The notes beneath the pieces were generated by a model, which saw only the letters and a list, made by a program, of their open reading frames with translations, ran no database searches and was not told the DNA's origin. Positions 35,930 through 44,824 of a stretch of DNA of 64,000 bases are shown here, one piece after another. Location: assembly GCA_022800665.1 (NCBI GenBank), contig JAAWQS010000005.1, forward strand, positions 109 to 64,108, written 5' to 3'. The stretch comes from Oscillospiraceae bacterium (GTDB taxonomy: Bacteria; Bacillota; Clostridia; Oscillospirales; Oscillospiraceae). The position numbers and the translations under genes were made by a program. Position 1 is the first letter of the stretch. Each line of letters starts with the position of its first letter.

Positions 35930-37186
35930 TCAGTTCTCTGACCACGCGATCTCCGCGCCCAGCTCCTTCAAATCCCGTACCGGCTCCTCATATCCCCGCA
36001 GGATATGGTGTACGCCGCCAATCCGGGTCGTCCCCTCTGCCGCGAGGCCCGCCACCAGCAGCGCCGCTCCGCCCCGCAGGTCCGTACACCGCACGTCCGC
36101 CCCGCTGAGCTTCGGCACCCCTGTTACCACCGCCACCCGGTCCGCCACACTGATGTCCGCGCCCATCCGCCGCAGCTCATCCACATGGCGGTACCGGCTC
36201 TCGAAGATGGTCTCCACAAACACTGTCGTCCCCTGGCCGCGCAGGAGGGCGGCCATTAAAATGGCCTGGGCGTCGGTGGGGAAGCCGGGGTAGGGGGCTG
36301 TGCGGATGGTGCCGGCGGAACCCATTCGTCCACTGGCGTGGAGGGTAATCCGTCCGTCGCGTCCGGAAATCCGGCACCCCGCCTCGTGGAGCGCGGCCGT
36401 CACCGTGGACAGATGCCGGTAATCCACATTGTGCAGCTCCACCGTGCCGCCCGCCGCCGCCACAGCCGCCAGATAGGTTGCGGCAACGATCCGGTCGGGC
36501 ATCACGGTATGTACGGCGTCGTGGGTCGGACACCGTCCGCGGATGCAGATGGTGGAGCTGCCCGCCCCCCGCACCTGACAGCCGATGGCCTGCAAAAAAT
36601 CCTGCAAATCTTTAATCTCCGGCTCTCTGGCGGCGTTGACCAGCACCGTCTCTCCCTCCGCGCCGCAGGCGGCCAGAATCGCGTTTTCCGTCGCGCCCAC
36701 GCTGGGGATGCTCAAAGCAATCTCCCGGCCCTCCATATGCTGGGCCGTACACCGCATCTGTCCGCCCGATTCCCGCAGGTCCGCTCCCAGTTTCCGCAAA
36801 GTGGACAGATGCAGGTCAATGGGGCGGGGGCCCAGCTCGCAGCCGCCGGGGTAGCTCATCTCCGCCCAGCCCAACCGGGCCAGAATCGCTCCCAGGAAGA
36901 TGACGGAGGAGCGCATCTCCCGCATCAGGTGGTCGGGGATGTCCCAACGGCTGATGGAGCTGCTGTCCACCAGCAGCTCGTCCCCCTCCCACCGCACCTG
37001 ACAGCCCAGGTGCCGCAGAATACGGATGCTGGCCTCCACGTCGCTCAAATGGGGACAGCCCTGCAGCGTCACCTGTCCCGGATGCAGAATTGTCGCCGCC
37101 AAAATGGGCAATACGCTGTTCTTCGCGCCCTGGACCCGTACCGAGCCCTCCAGGGGCCTGCCGCCCCGGATGATGATTTCATTCAT
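35930..37186 (-). CDS. murA: UDP-N-acetylglucosamine 1-carboxyvinyltransferase
   Basis: IRGGRPLEGSVRVQGAKNS N-terminus, full EPSP-synthase-fold length. ATG at 37186 with GGAGGGA SD. Confidence 0.93.
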   Translation of the reverse strand: MNEIIIRGGRPLEGSVRVQGAKNSVLPILAATILHPGQVTLQGCPHLSDVEASIRILRHLGCQVRWEGDELLVDSSSISRWDIPDHLMREMRSSVIFLGAILARLGWAEMSYPGGCELGPRPIDLHLSTLRKLGADLRESGGQMRCTAQHMEGREIALSIPSVGATENAILAACGAEGETVLVNAAREPEIKDLQDFLQAIGCQVRGAGSSTICIRGRCPTHDAVHTVMPDRIVAATYLAAVAAAGGTVELHNVDYRHLSTVTAALHEAGCRISGRDGRITLHASGRMGSAGTIRTAPYPGFPTDAQAILMAALLRGQGTTVFVETIFESRYRHVDELRRMGADISVADRVAVVTGVPKLSGADVRCTDLRGGAALLVAGLAAEGTTRIGGVHHILRGYEEPVRDLKELGAEIAWSEN

Positions 37187-37249
37187 AGTATCCCTCCGGC
37201 CATGGATTTTTTTCAAACTAATCCATGGTATGCGGAGGGGAAAAAACTG

Positions 37250-38383
37250 CTACTTTTTCCGCCGTCCCTGGAGGGCCATAATAGCGGAGTAAATATTTTC
37301 CGCCGCGTCGATGCTGCCCAGGGATGCCATTGCCACCGACATACGCCTGCGGCGGTCCCGGTCCTTCAGGATGGCGCAGGCCGTCTTAAAGAGCAACTCG
37401 CCGCTGCAGTCCTTCTCCAGAATCATTTCCGCCCCGCCGGCGTCGGCCAGGACGCGGGCGTTGTGCTCCTGGTGGTTGTGGACCACGTTGGGGGAGGGGA
37501 CGATAATAGCCGGCTGGCCCAGGGCGGTCAGCTCGCTGATGGTGCTGGCCCCGGCCCGGCAGATCACCAGGTCTGCCGCCCGCATGAGGACGCCCATATT
37601 CTGGATGTACTCCCGCACCTCCAGGGAGGGCGACCGCTCCAAATCCAGCCCCGCCGCCGCCAGGTACTCCCGCATATGGCGGGACCCGATGGTCCCCGCG
37701 CCGTGGACGTGGTGGAACGCGCCGCTCTGGGCCTCCAGGGACATGAACCGGGCCATCTGCCGGTTCATCTCCTCTGCACCCAGACTGCCCCAAAAGGATA
37801 CGATCAGCGGGCGTCCGTCGTCCATGCCCAGCTCCGCCTTTGCGTCCCGTTTGGACAGCCGGAAGAAATCCCCCCGCACCGGCGTGCCTGTTACCTGGAC
37901 TTTTTCTGTGTACCGGTAGTTTTTCCGGCACCCCTCGAAGCCCACCATAATCAGGTCCACGCAGTCCTCCAGCAGCTTGGTGGTCAGGCCGGGGATGGCG
38001 TTGGACTCATGGATGGCGGTGGGGATGCCCTGTCTGGCCGCTGCCCGGATCATGGGGTAGCTGGCGTAGCCGCCGGTACCCACCACCAGGTCTGCCGGGA
38101 ATACTTTCAGCAGCGACCGGGCCTCCCTGGGGGAGCGGAGAAGATTGTACAGGGAGATGAAATTGTGCTTGATCTCCTTGGGTTTGAGGGAGCGGTGGAA
38201 GCTGGAGATTTCCACCGCCTGGAACTTCCAGCCTGCGGCCTCAATCAGCCGCTGCTCAATCCCCCGGTGCGCGCCGACAAACAGAATTTCGCTGGTTGGA
38301 CGCCGGTCCTTGATTAGTCCCGCCAACGCCAGCGCGGGGTTGACATGCCCGGCGGTACCGCCGCAGGTAAAAATGACTCTCAT
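37250..38383 (-). CDS. murG: undecaprenyldiphospho-muramoylpentapeptide beta-N-acetylglucosaminyltransferase
   Basis: GGTAGHVNPALA N-terminal motif and dcw context. Confidence 0.95.
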   Translation of the reverse strand: MRVIFTCGGTAGHVNPALALAGLIKDRRPTSEILFVGAHRGIEQRLIEAAGWKFQAVEISSFHRSLKPKEIKHNFISLYNLLRSPREARSLLKVFPADLVVGTGGYASYPMIRAAARQGIPTAIHESNAIPGLTTKLLEDCVDLIMVGFEGCRKNYRYTEKVQVTGTPVRGDFFRLSKRDAKAELGMDDGRPLIVSFWGSLGAEEMNRQMARFMSLEAQSGAFHHVHGAGTIGSRHMREYLAAAGLDLERSPSLEVREYIQNMGVLMRAADLVICRAGASTISELTALGQPAIIVPSPNVVHNHQEHNARVLADAGGAEMILEKDCSGELLFKTACAILKDRDRRRRMSVAMASLGSIDAAENIYSAIMALQGRRKK

Positions 38384-38515
38384 GGGCAGATGCCCCTTTC
38401 CAATCTTATATATCTGCTGACTATGTCTGCTTTTTGCCCTCTGTCTTCTGCTTTCTGCGGGCCTATCTGCCGGCGCGGAGCGGGGACGGCCCTCTCAGTC
38501 TCGCTTCGCCTTCCG

Positions 38516-39793
38516 TCACTCCGCCCTGGGCGCGGGGATCTGCCGGGATACAGAGAGCACCATTCCCACCTCCGCCAGCTGTATGGCAAGGGCCGTACCC
38601 CCATAGCTGAAGAAGGGCAGGGAAATACCGGTGTTGGGAATCAGGTTGGTCACAACGGCCATATTCAAAAACGCCTGCAGCGCAATCTGCACCGTCACGC
38701 CCACCACCAGCAGGCTGCCGAACCGGTCCCTGGCGCGGATCGCCAGCCAGAACCCCCGGATGACCAGCATGGCAAACAGCAGCATAATCATGCCCGCGCC
38801 TACCAGACCCAGCTCCTCCACCACCACGGCGAAGATAAAGTCGTTGTGCTCCTCCGGCAGAAACATGAACTTCTGGCGGCTCTTGCCCAGCCCTACCCCC
38901 AGCAGTCCGCCGGAGCCAATGGTGAGCAGGCTCTGAATGGTCTGCCACGCCTGGTCCCGCTGGAAGGCGGCGTCCCCGCCGAAGGGGTCCCGCCAGACAG
39001 CGATTCGGGCGGCGTTGTACTTCACTACTTTTTCCATGAAATCCGTGAACAGCACCACGTACCCCGCCCCCAGCACGCTGGCCACGCCGGCGGCAATCCA
39101 TCCCCAGTGGATGCCGCCCACCACCAGCATGGACGCGCCAATGCCGAAAATCAGAATTGCGCCGGAGAGATGGGGTTCAATCATGGTCAGGGCGCACATG
39201 GCTGCCAGAATCACCACATGGTACAGAAAGCCCTCCCGGAAGGTCTTCATTTTCTCTCTCTTTTTCGAGATGGACTGGGCGAAAAAGACGATCAGGCCCA
39301 CCTTTGCCACCTCCGACGGCTGGAACTGCATGGTACCCATACCGGGGATGCCCAGCCAGCGGGTCGCGCCGTTGTGGGTGATGCCCAGCAGCTTGCCGTT
39401 GGCCTTCGGTCCCGGCAGGATGACCAGAATCAGCAGGACAATCGAGATAATCATGGCCAGCTTTGCCAGGCCCTCAAAGCGGTGGTAGTTGATCTTCGAC
39501 ACCCAGAACATGGCAAACAGGCCCAATCCGGCCCACATGGCCTGCCGCTGAAAGTAATACAGCGGGTTGTATCCGGAATTACTGCTGGCCTGGGCCGACG
39601 GGAAGCTGGCGGACAGGAGCATCACAAGCCCGATGGTCAGCAGGAGCATTGCCAGCAGGAAGAAGGGCAGGTCCATCGGACCGCGGGCGGCCTCCCAAGC
39701 CTCCCGCTCCTTCTGCCGTCGGGCTTTTTCCTGCATCTTTTTCATCTGCCGGTATTCCTGCTTGGTCATCGGCCTTCGTCTTTCCGCAGCCAT
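38516..39793 (-). CDS. ftsW: FtsW/RodA/SpoVE-family (SEDS) peptidoglycan polymerase
   Basis: Polytopic SEDS pattern (...HNDFIFAVVVEELG..., SYGGTA) and dcw context. Confidence 0.92.
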   Translation of the reverse strand: MAAERRRPMTKQEYRQMKKMQEKARRQKEREAWEAARGPMDLPFFLLAMLLLTIGLVMLLSASFPSAQASSNSGYNPLYYFQRQAMWAGLGLFAMFWVSKINYHRFEGLAKLAMIISIVLLILVILPGPKANGKLLGITHNGATRWLGIPGMGTMQFQPSEVAKVGLIVFFAQSISKKREKMKTFREGFLYHVVILAAMCALTMIEPHLSGAILIFGIGASMLVVGGIHWGWIAAGVASVLGAGYVVLFTDFMEKVVKYNAARIAVWRDPFGGDAAFQRDQAWQTIQSLLTIGSGGLLGVGLGKSRQKFMFLPEEHNDFIFAVVVEELGLVGAGMIMLLFAMLVIRGFWLAIRARDRFGSLLVVGVTVQIALQAFLNMAVVTNLIPNTGISLPFFSYGGTALAIQLAEVGMVLSVSRQIPAPRAE

Positions 39794-39821
39794 AGACGTC
39801 CTCCTCTCAGGGCTGGCCCCG

Positions 39822-40808
39822 TTATACCATGCGGTTCATCACGCCGAACAGGGCCAGAGCGCAAAACAGTGTGGATACGGCGGTGAAGATGGTCACAATC
39901 TTGTTCTCACTCCAGCCGCACATTTCAAAATGATGGTGGATGGGAGCCATCTTGAAAATCCGCTTGCCGTGGGTCAGCTTGAAGTAGCCCACCTGCAAAA
40001 TATCGGACAGGGTTTCAATGATGTAGATAATCCCCACCAGAGCCAGGGCCAGGGGCATGTCGAAGGCGAAAGCCAGCCCCGCAATGGCTCCCCCCAGAAA
40101 CAGGGACCCAGTGTCCCCCATGAAAACCTTCGCCGGGTGCGCGTTGAACAGCAGGAACGCCAGCAGTCCGCCCAGCAGCGCAGCCGCAAAGACGCCCAGC
40201 TGGGTATATCCCCACCAGGTTGCGGCGGAGACAAAAAACAACGCCACCGGAATGGACACGCTGGTGGCCAGACCGTCCAGGCCGTCGGTGATGTTCACCG
40301 CGTTCACCGCCCCCACGATGACGAAAGCGGCAAACACCATGTACACCGGCCAGCTCAAATGGATGCTGTTGTTCCAGAAGGGGACGTAGAGGTCCGGGCT
40401 CAGCCGCCCCTCGTAGCGCATGAGCATCAGGAACAGGATCGCCGCCGCCAGCTGCAAAAGGAATTTTTGCAGGGCGGTCAGACCCAGGTTCTGATGACGC
40501 TTTACCTTCTCATAGTCGTCCAGGAAGCCGATCACGCCGAACACCAGCGCGAACAGCAGCACATAGATATGGGACCAGTCCCCCGCCAGCATCCCCTGCC
40601 AGCCGGCGGCAAAAATAGACGCTGCGATGCCGGTAATGAACATCAAACCGCCCATGGTGGGCGTACCGGCTTTGGTGGCGTGCCATTTCGGCCCCGCCTC
40701 CCGAATCTGCTGCCCCGCCTTCAGGCGGCGCAGGGCGGGCAGAATCAGCTTTCCGCCCGCCAGACCGGTCACAGCGAAGCTGAGGAAACACGCGAAAATC
40801 ATTTCCAT
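39822..40808 (-). CDS. mraY: phospho-N-acetylmuramoyl-pentapeptide-transferase
   Basis: GTPTMGG, NAVNITDGLDGLA and FMGDTGS motifs. Confidence 0.96.
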   Translation of the reverse strand: MEMIFACFLSFAVTGLAGGKLILPALRRLKAGQQIREAGPKWHATKAGTPTMGGLMFITGIAASIFAAGWQGMLAGDWSHIYVLLFALVFGVIGFLDDYEKVKRHQNLGLTALQKFLLQLAAAILFLMLMRYEGRLSPDLYVPFWNNSIHLSWPVYMVFAAFVIVGAVNAVNITDGLDGLATSVSIPVALFFVSAATWWGYTQLGVFAAALLGGLLAFLLFNAHPAKVFMGDTGSLFLGGAIAGLAFAFDMPLALALVGIIYIIETLSDILQVGYFKLTHGKRIFKMAPIHHHFEMCGWSENKIVTIFTAVSTLFCALALFGVMNRMV

Positions 40809-40837
40809 GAAAAATCTCCCTCTGTCCTGACCCCTTG

Positions 40838-42289
40838 TCAGGCCCTCTCTTTCCGTTGAGCATCGTAGTCCGCCACAATCTCCCGCTCATCCAAGTGGCG
40901 CTTTTCGCGGCCGACAATCTGATAGGTCTCATGTCCCTTGCCCGCCAGGATAACCACATCCTCCGGCTGGGCGTGGTCCATAGCGTAGTGAATGGCCTCC
41001 ACCCGGTTTTCTACCACAGCATATTCCGTATCCGTCCCCGCCATGCCCGCGAGAATATCCTGCATGATCGCCCCCGGCTCCTCGGTGCGGGGATTATCGG
41101 ACGTGACAATCACGAAATCCGCCAGGCGGGCGGCAATTGCGCCCATCAGGGGCCGCTTGGTGCGGTCCCGGTCCCCGCCGCAGCCGAAGAGGACCGCCAC
41201 CCGGCCCCGCGCGAAGCCCCGGACGGCGTTGAGCACGTTTTCCAGGGCGTCGGGGGTGTGGGCGTAGTCGATGAGCACGGTGTAACCGCCGGAGGTAGGG
41301 ACCACCTCCACCCGGCCCTTGACGTGGGCGCAGCGGGCCAGAACCCGTGCGCTGTCCGCCAGGGGTACGCCCAAAGCCTTGGCGGCGGCCAGCGCGCCCA
41401 GCGTATTGTAAACCATAAAGCCGCCGGGGATGCCCACCTGTACCGGCGTGGCCGCGCCGTTCTCCACCGCGTCGAAGGCCACCCCCCCGGCGGACAGACG
41501 GATATTTTCCGCCGTCAGTCCGGCGGCGCGCTCTCCCACGGACACCCGCCGGCACGGCGCATCCGCCATTACCCGCTCCGCCCAGGGGTCGTCGCTGTTG
41601 TACACGCCCACATCGCACTGACGGAACAGCAGCGACTTTGCGCTGCAGTAATTCTCCATCGTGCCGTGGAAATCCAGGTGGTCCTGGGTCAGATTGGTGA
41701 ACACGCCCACCGCAAAGCGGACGCCCCCCACCCGCTTGAGAAACAGCGCGTGGGACGACACCTCCATGACCACATGGGTGCAGCCCGCGTCCGCCATACG
41801 GCGGAACAGGCCCTGGAGCTCAAAGGACTCCGGCGTTGTGCGCTCCGTGGGCAGGATCTCGCTGCCGATCATGTTCTGATTGGTGCCGATCAGCCCCACC
41901 TTCGCCCCCAGGCACTGCTCCAGAATATCCTTGAGGAGATAGGTGGTGGTGGTCTTGCCGTTGGTGCCGGTGACGCCCGCCAGCGTCATACCGGCGGCGG
42001 GGTCGCCGTACCAGTTCCGGCCCACCTGGGCCAAAGCGGCGCGGCTGTCCGCCGTGCGCACATAGGGAATCCCCGCCTCCGGCTTCTCCTGGCAGAGCGC
42101 GCACGCCGCGCCCTTCTCCATCGCCATGGGGATAAACCGGTGGCCGTCCGTCTCGTAGCCCGCCATGGCAACAAAGAGTCCGCCGGGCTTTGTCTGCCTG
42201 GAATCATAGCTGACGCTGGAAATCTCCACCGACAGGTCCGCGCTGGACTCCAGGATGTCCACGCCTTGCAGCAGTTCGCTTAAAATCAT
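40838..42289 (-). CDS. murE: UDP-N-acetylmuramoyl-L-alanyl-D-glutamate--2,6-diaminopimelate ligase
   Basis: GVTGTNGKTTT P-loop and a DNPR motif (TSDNPRTE) typical of meso-DAP-adding MurE. Confidence 0.94.
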   Translation of the reverse strand: MILSELLQGVDILESSADLSVEISSVSYDSRQTKPGGLFVAMAGYETDGHRFIPMAMEKGAACALCQEKPEAGIPYVRTADSRAALAQVGRNWYGDPAAGMTLAGVTGTNGKTTTTYLLKDILEQCLGAKVGLIGTNQNMIGSEILPTERTTPESFELQGLFRRMADAGCTHVVMEVSSHALFLKRVGGVRFAVGVFTNLTQDHLDFHGTMENYCSAKSLLFRQCDVGVYNSDDPWAERVMADAPCRRVSVGERAAGLTAENIRLSAGGVAFDAVENGAATPVQVGIPGGFMVYNTLGALAAAKALGVPLADSARVLARCAHVKGRVEVVPTSGGYTVLIDYAHTPDALENVLNAVRGFARGRVAVLFGCGGDRDRTKRPLMGAIAARLADFVIVTSDNPRTEEPGAIMQDILAGMAGTDTEYAVVENRVEAIHYAMDHAQPEDVVILAGKGHETYQIVGREKRHLDEREIVADYDAQRKERA

Positions 42290-42325
42290 CTTATGCAGCC
42301 TGCACTTTCCTATTCTTTGATTTGA

Positions 42326-44728
42326 TCAGTCTGCGGTGGTGGACGTCTGGCCCATCTGCACCGTGACCACTGTACCGGCAGCCGTTTGGGTCCCCTCCGC
42401 CACAGACTGGCTGACCGCCTTGATACCCTTTGCGCCGCTGGCTCCGGTGGACTTCATAATCAGTCCCGCGTTGACGATGGCACGGTTGGCCTCCTCGGCG
42501 GACAGGCCCACCACGTTGGGGACGGTACACAGCTCGCTGGATTTTTCCTCGCCCATGTACAGAATAATCTCCGCGCTGGCCGGGACAATAGCCCCGCCCT
42601 CCGGGGTCTGGTCCGTGACCGTCTCCCCGCTGCCCACCGTGCGGAAAGCGGTAAAGCCGTATTCGTTCAGCTTAACCTCCGCGCCGTCCTTTGTCTCGCC
42701 CACCACATAGGGGACCGTGAGGTCGGCGGCGGTCTTGGCGTCGTCGCTGTAATGGGGGGAGATGCCCAGATAGGGCAGGATATCCGCCATAATGGCGGAG
42801 GCGGTGGGGGCCACCATGTTGCCGCCGGAGACGTAAGTACCGGTGCTGCGGGAGGGTGTGTCCATGGTCAGAAGCATAATGACCTGGGGGTCGTCGGCAG
42901 GGGCGAAGCACAGGAAGGAGACGATAACATCCTCATAGGCTCCCTCTGCATTTCGCTTATCTGCCGTACCAGTCTTGCCGCCGATACGGTATCCGGCCAC
43001 CTGACCATTTTTGCCGCCGCCGCTGCTGACGACATACTCCAGAATGTCCCGCACAGTGGCGGAGGTCTCCTCGCTGATGACCTGCCGGACCGGCGTTGCG
43101 TCAAACTGCCGGACCACGTTGCCGTCCTTGTCCAGCTCCTTTTCCACCACATGGGGCTTGTAGAGGTATCCGCCGTTGATACAGGCCGCCTGGGCGGTGA
43201 TGAGCTGGATGGGGGTGACGTTGAAGCTCTGACCGAAAGCGTAGGAGGCCAGATCGCTCTTGGATTTCGAGAAATTCTTAAAGGGAGCGTAGATGCTGGC
43301 CCCCTCGCCCTGGAGATCCACGCCGGTGGCGTCATGGAGACCGAAGGCGTCCATATAATCATAATATTTCTCGGCCCCTACGCCAAAGGCAATGTCAATA
43401 AAGGCCGGGTTGCAGGAGTGTCCCACCGCCTCCTTCAGCGTCTGGTTTTTATGTCCATAGCGGTTATTGCAGAAAATGTCCCAGTCGTCCACCACAACTT
43501 TACCGTTACAATAGAAGGAGCTGCCCAGGCCGATGGTCCCCTCCTCCAGCCCCATGGACAGGGTGAGGACCTTGTATGTGGAGCCAGGCTCATAGGTATC
43601 GTTGACCGCCTTGCTGCGCCACTGCTTGAGCTGCATTTCGCCCAGTGTCACCGTCTCCTCCCCGCCGGCCTTCGGCGTACCCACCAGCTGCTGGAGGGCA
43701 GGGTCGTAAATCTCCCGCGGGCTGTTGAGGTCATAGGTGGGGTTGGAGGCGATGGCTAAAATCGCGCCGCTGCGGGGGTCCATGACAATGCCCGTAGCGC
43801 CGTTGGCGGCATTGAACTGGCTGATCATATTGGCCAGCCCCCGCTCCACATAGCTCTGGATATTGGCGTCAATGGTCAGCTGGAGGCTGCTGCCGTCCTC
43901 GGCCTCGTAAATCTGTCCGTACTGGAACATCAATTCCGAGCCGTTGGCGTCCTTGGCCGTCACCGCCAGGCCGGTTTTTCCGTCCAGCTCCTCCTCATAG
44001 ATGGCCTCCAGGCCGTAGGCGCCGTGGTTGTCGCTGTCCAGGAAGCCGATGGTGTGGGCGGCAAGGGAGCCGTAGGGATAGTACCGCTTGGCGTCGCCCT
44101 CCAGGTGGATGCCCTGGAGGGTCTTGCCAGTGGGATTGCCGGTCTTGGAAATGAATTCCCGGACCTTGTCGCCCACGGTGTCCCTGTCCGCCTGGGTCTT
44201 GAGCACCTCATACCGGCTTTTCGTCTTCTCCATCCGCTCGCGGATTTCCTGCTCGCTGATGTCCAGCAGCTCCGCCAGCTTTTGCGCAATCATGTCCTTG
44301 TACTCCTGCCCTGTCATGGGCAGCGTCTCCCCGCTCTTCACCCCTTCCGCCAGCTTTTTGGCCCGGTCCAGGTCCATCTGTGCGGCGTAGTCCTGGATCG
44401 CCTTGGGGTCCAGGAACACGGTGTCCGCCATGGCGGAGATAGCCAGAATGGTGCCGTTGCGGTCGTAGATGGTCCCCCGTGAGGCGGAGATGGTGGTGCT
44501 CTGGGTCTGCTGCTTGGAGGCCCGCGCCTTCAGCTCGTCGCCCTGGTTCATAGTCAGGTCGTACGCCTTTGCGAACACCGCCAGAAACGATGCCACGCCA
44601 AACAGCAGCAGCAGATAAATGGTCCGCCGCTGGATGATCTGCTTAGCCTTCCGGGCGGAATCATCTGGCCGTTTCGGTTTGCGAAACAGCTTCCGGGGTC
44701 TGGGTTTTGGTCTGGATTGAGATGCCAT
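42326..44728 (-). CDS. class B penicillin-binding protein (PBP2B/SpoVD type) with two C-terminal PASTA domains, copy 1
   Basis: STYK, SCN and KTGTA motifs, an N-terminal TM anchor, and PASTA repeats at the C-terminus. Confidence 0.93.
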   Translation of the reverse strand: MASQSRPKPRPRKLFRKPKRPDDSARKAKQIIQRRTIYLLLLFGVASFLAVFAKAYDLTMNQGDELKARASKQQTQSTTISASRGTIYDRNGTILAISAMADTVFLDPKAIQDYAAQMDLDRAKKLAEGVKSGETLPMTGQEYKDMIAQKLAELLDISEQEIRERMEKTKSRYEVLKTQADRDTVGDKVREFISKTGNPTGKTLQGIHLEGDAKRYYPYGSLAAHTIGFLDSDNHGAYGLEAIYEEELDGKTGLAVTAKDANGSELMFQYGQIYEAEDGSSLQLTIDANIQSYVERGLANMISQFNAANGATGIVMDPRSGAILAIASNPTYDLNSPREIYDPALQQLVGTPKAGGEETVTLGEMQLKQWRSKAVNDTYEPGSTYKVLTLSMGLEEGTIGLGSSFYCNGKVVVDDWDIFCNNRYGHKNQTLKEAVGHSCNPAFIDIAFGVGAEKYYDYMDAFGLHDATGVDLQGEGASIYAPFKNFSKSKSDLASYAFGQSFNVTPIQLITAQAACINGGYLYKPHVVEKELDKDGNVVRQFDATPVRQVISEETSATVRDILEYVVSSGGGKNGQVAGYRIGGKTGTADKRNAEGAYEDVIVSFLCFAPADDPQVIMLLTMDTPSRSTGTYVSGGNMVAPTASAIMADILPYLGISPHYSDDAKTAADLTVPYVVGETKDGAEVKLNEYGFTAFRTVGSGETVTDQTPEGGAIVPASAEIILYMGEEKSSELCTVPNVVGLSAEEANRAIVNAGLIMKSTGASGAKGIKAVSQSVAEGTQTAAGTVVTVQMGQTSTTAD

Positions 44729-44824
44729 AGGAGCCTCCTTGCATAGCCGGGCCTCTGCCCGGAGTCGATGCCGTATCGTTGGTATATTTGAATTTCCTCT
44801 GTCAGACGGGCGGCGGGGCGGCGT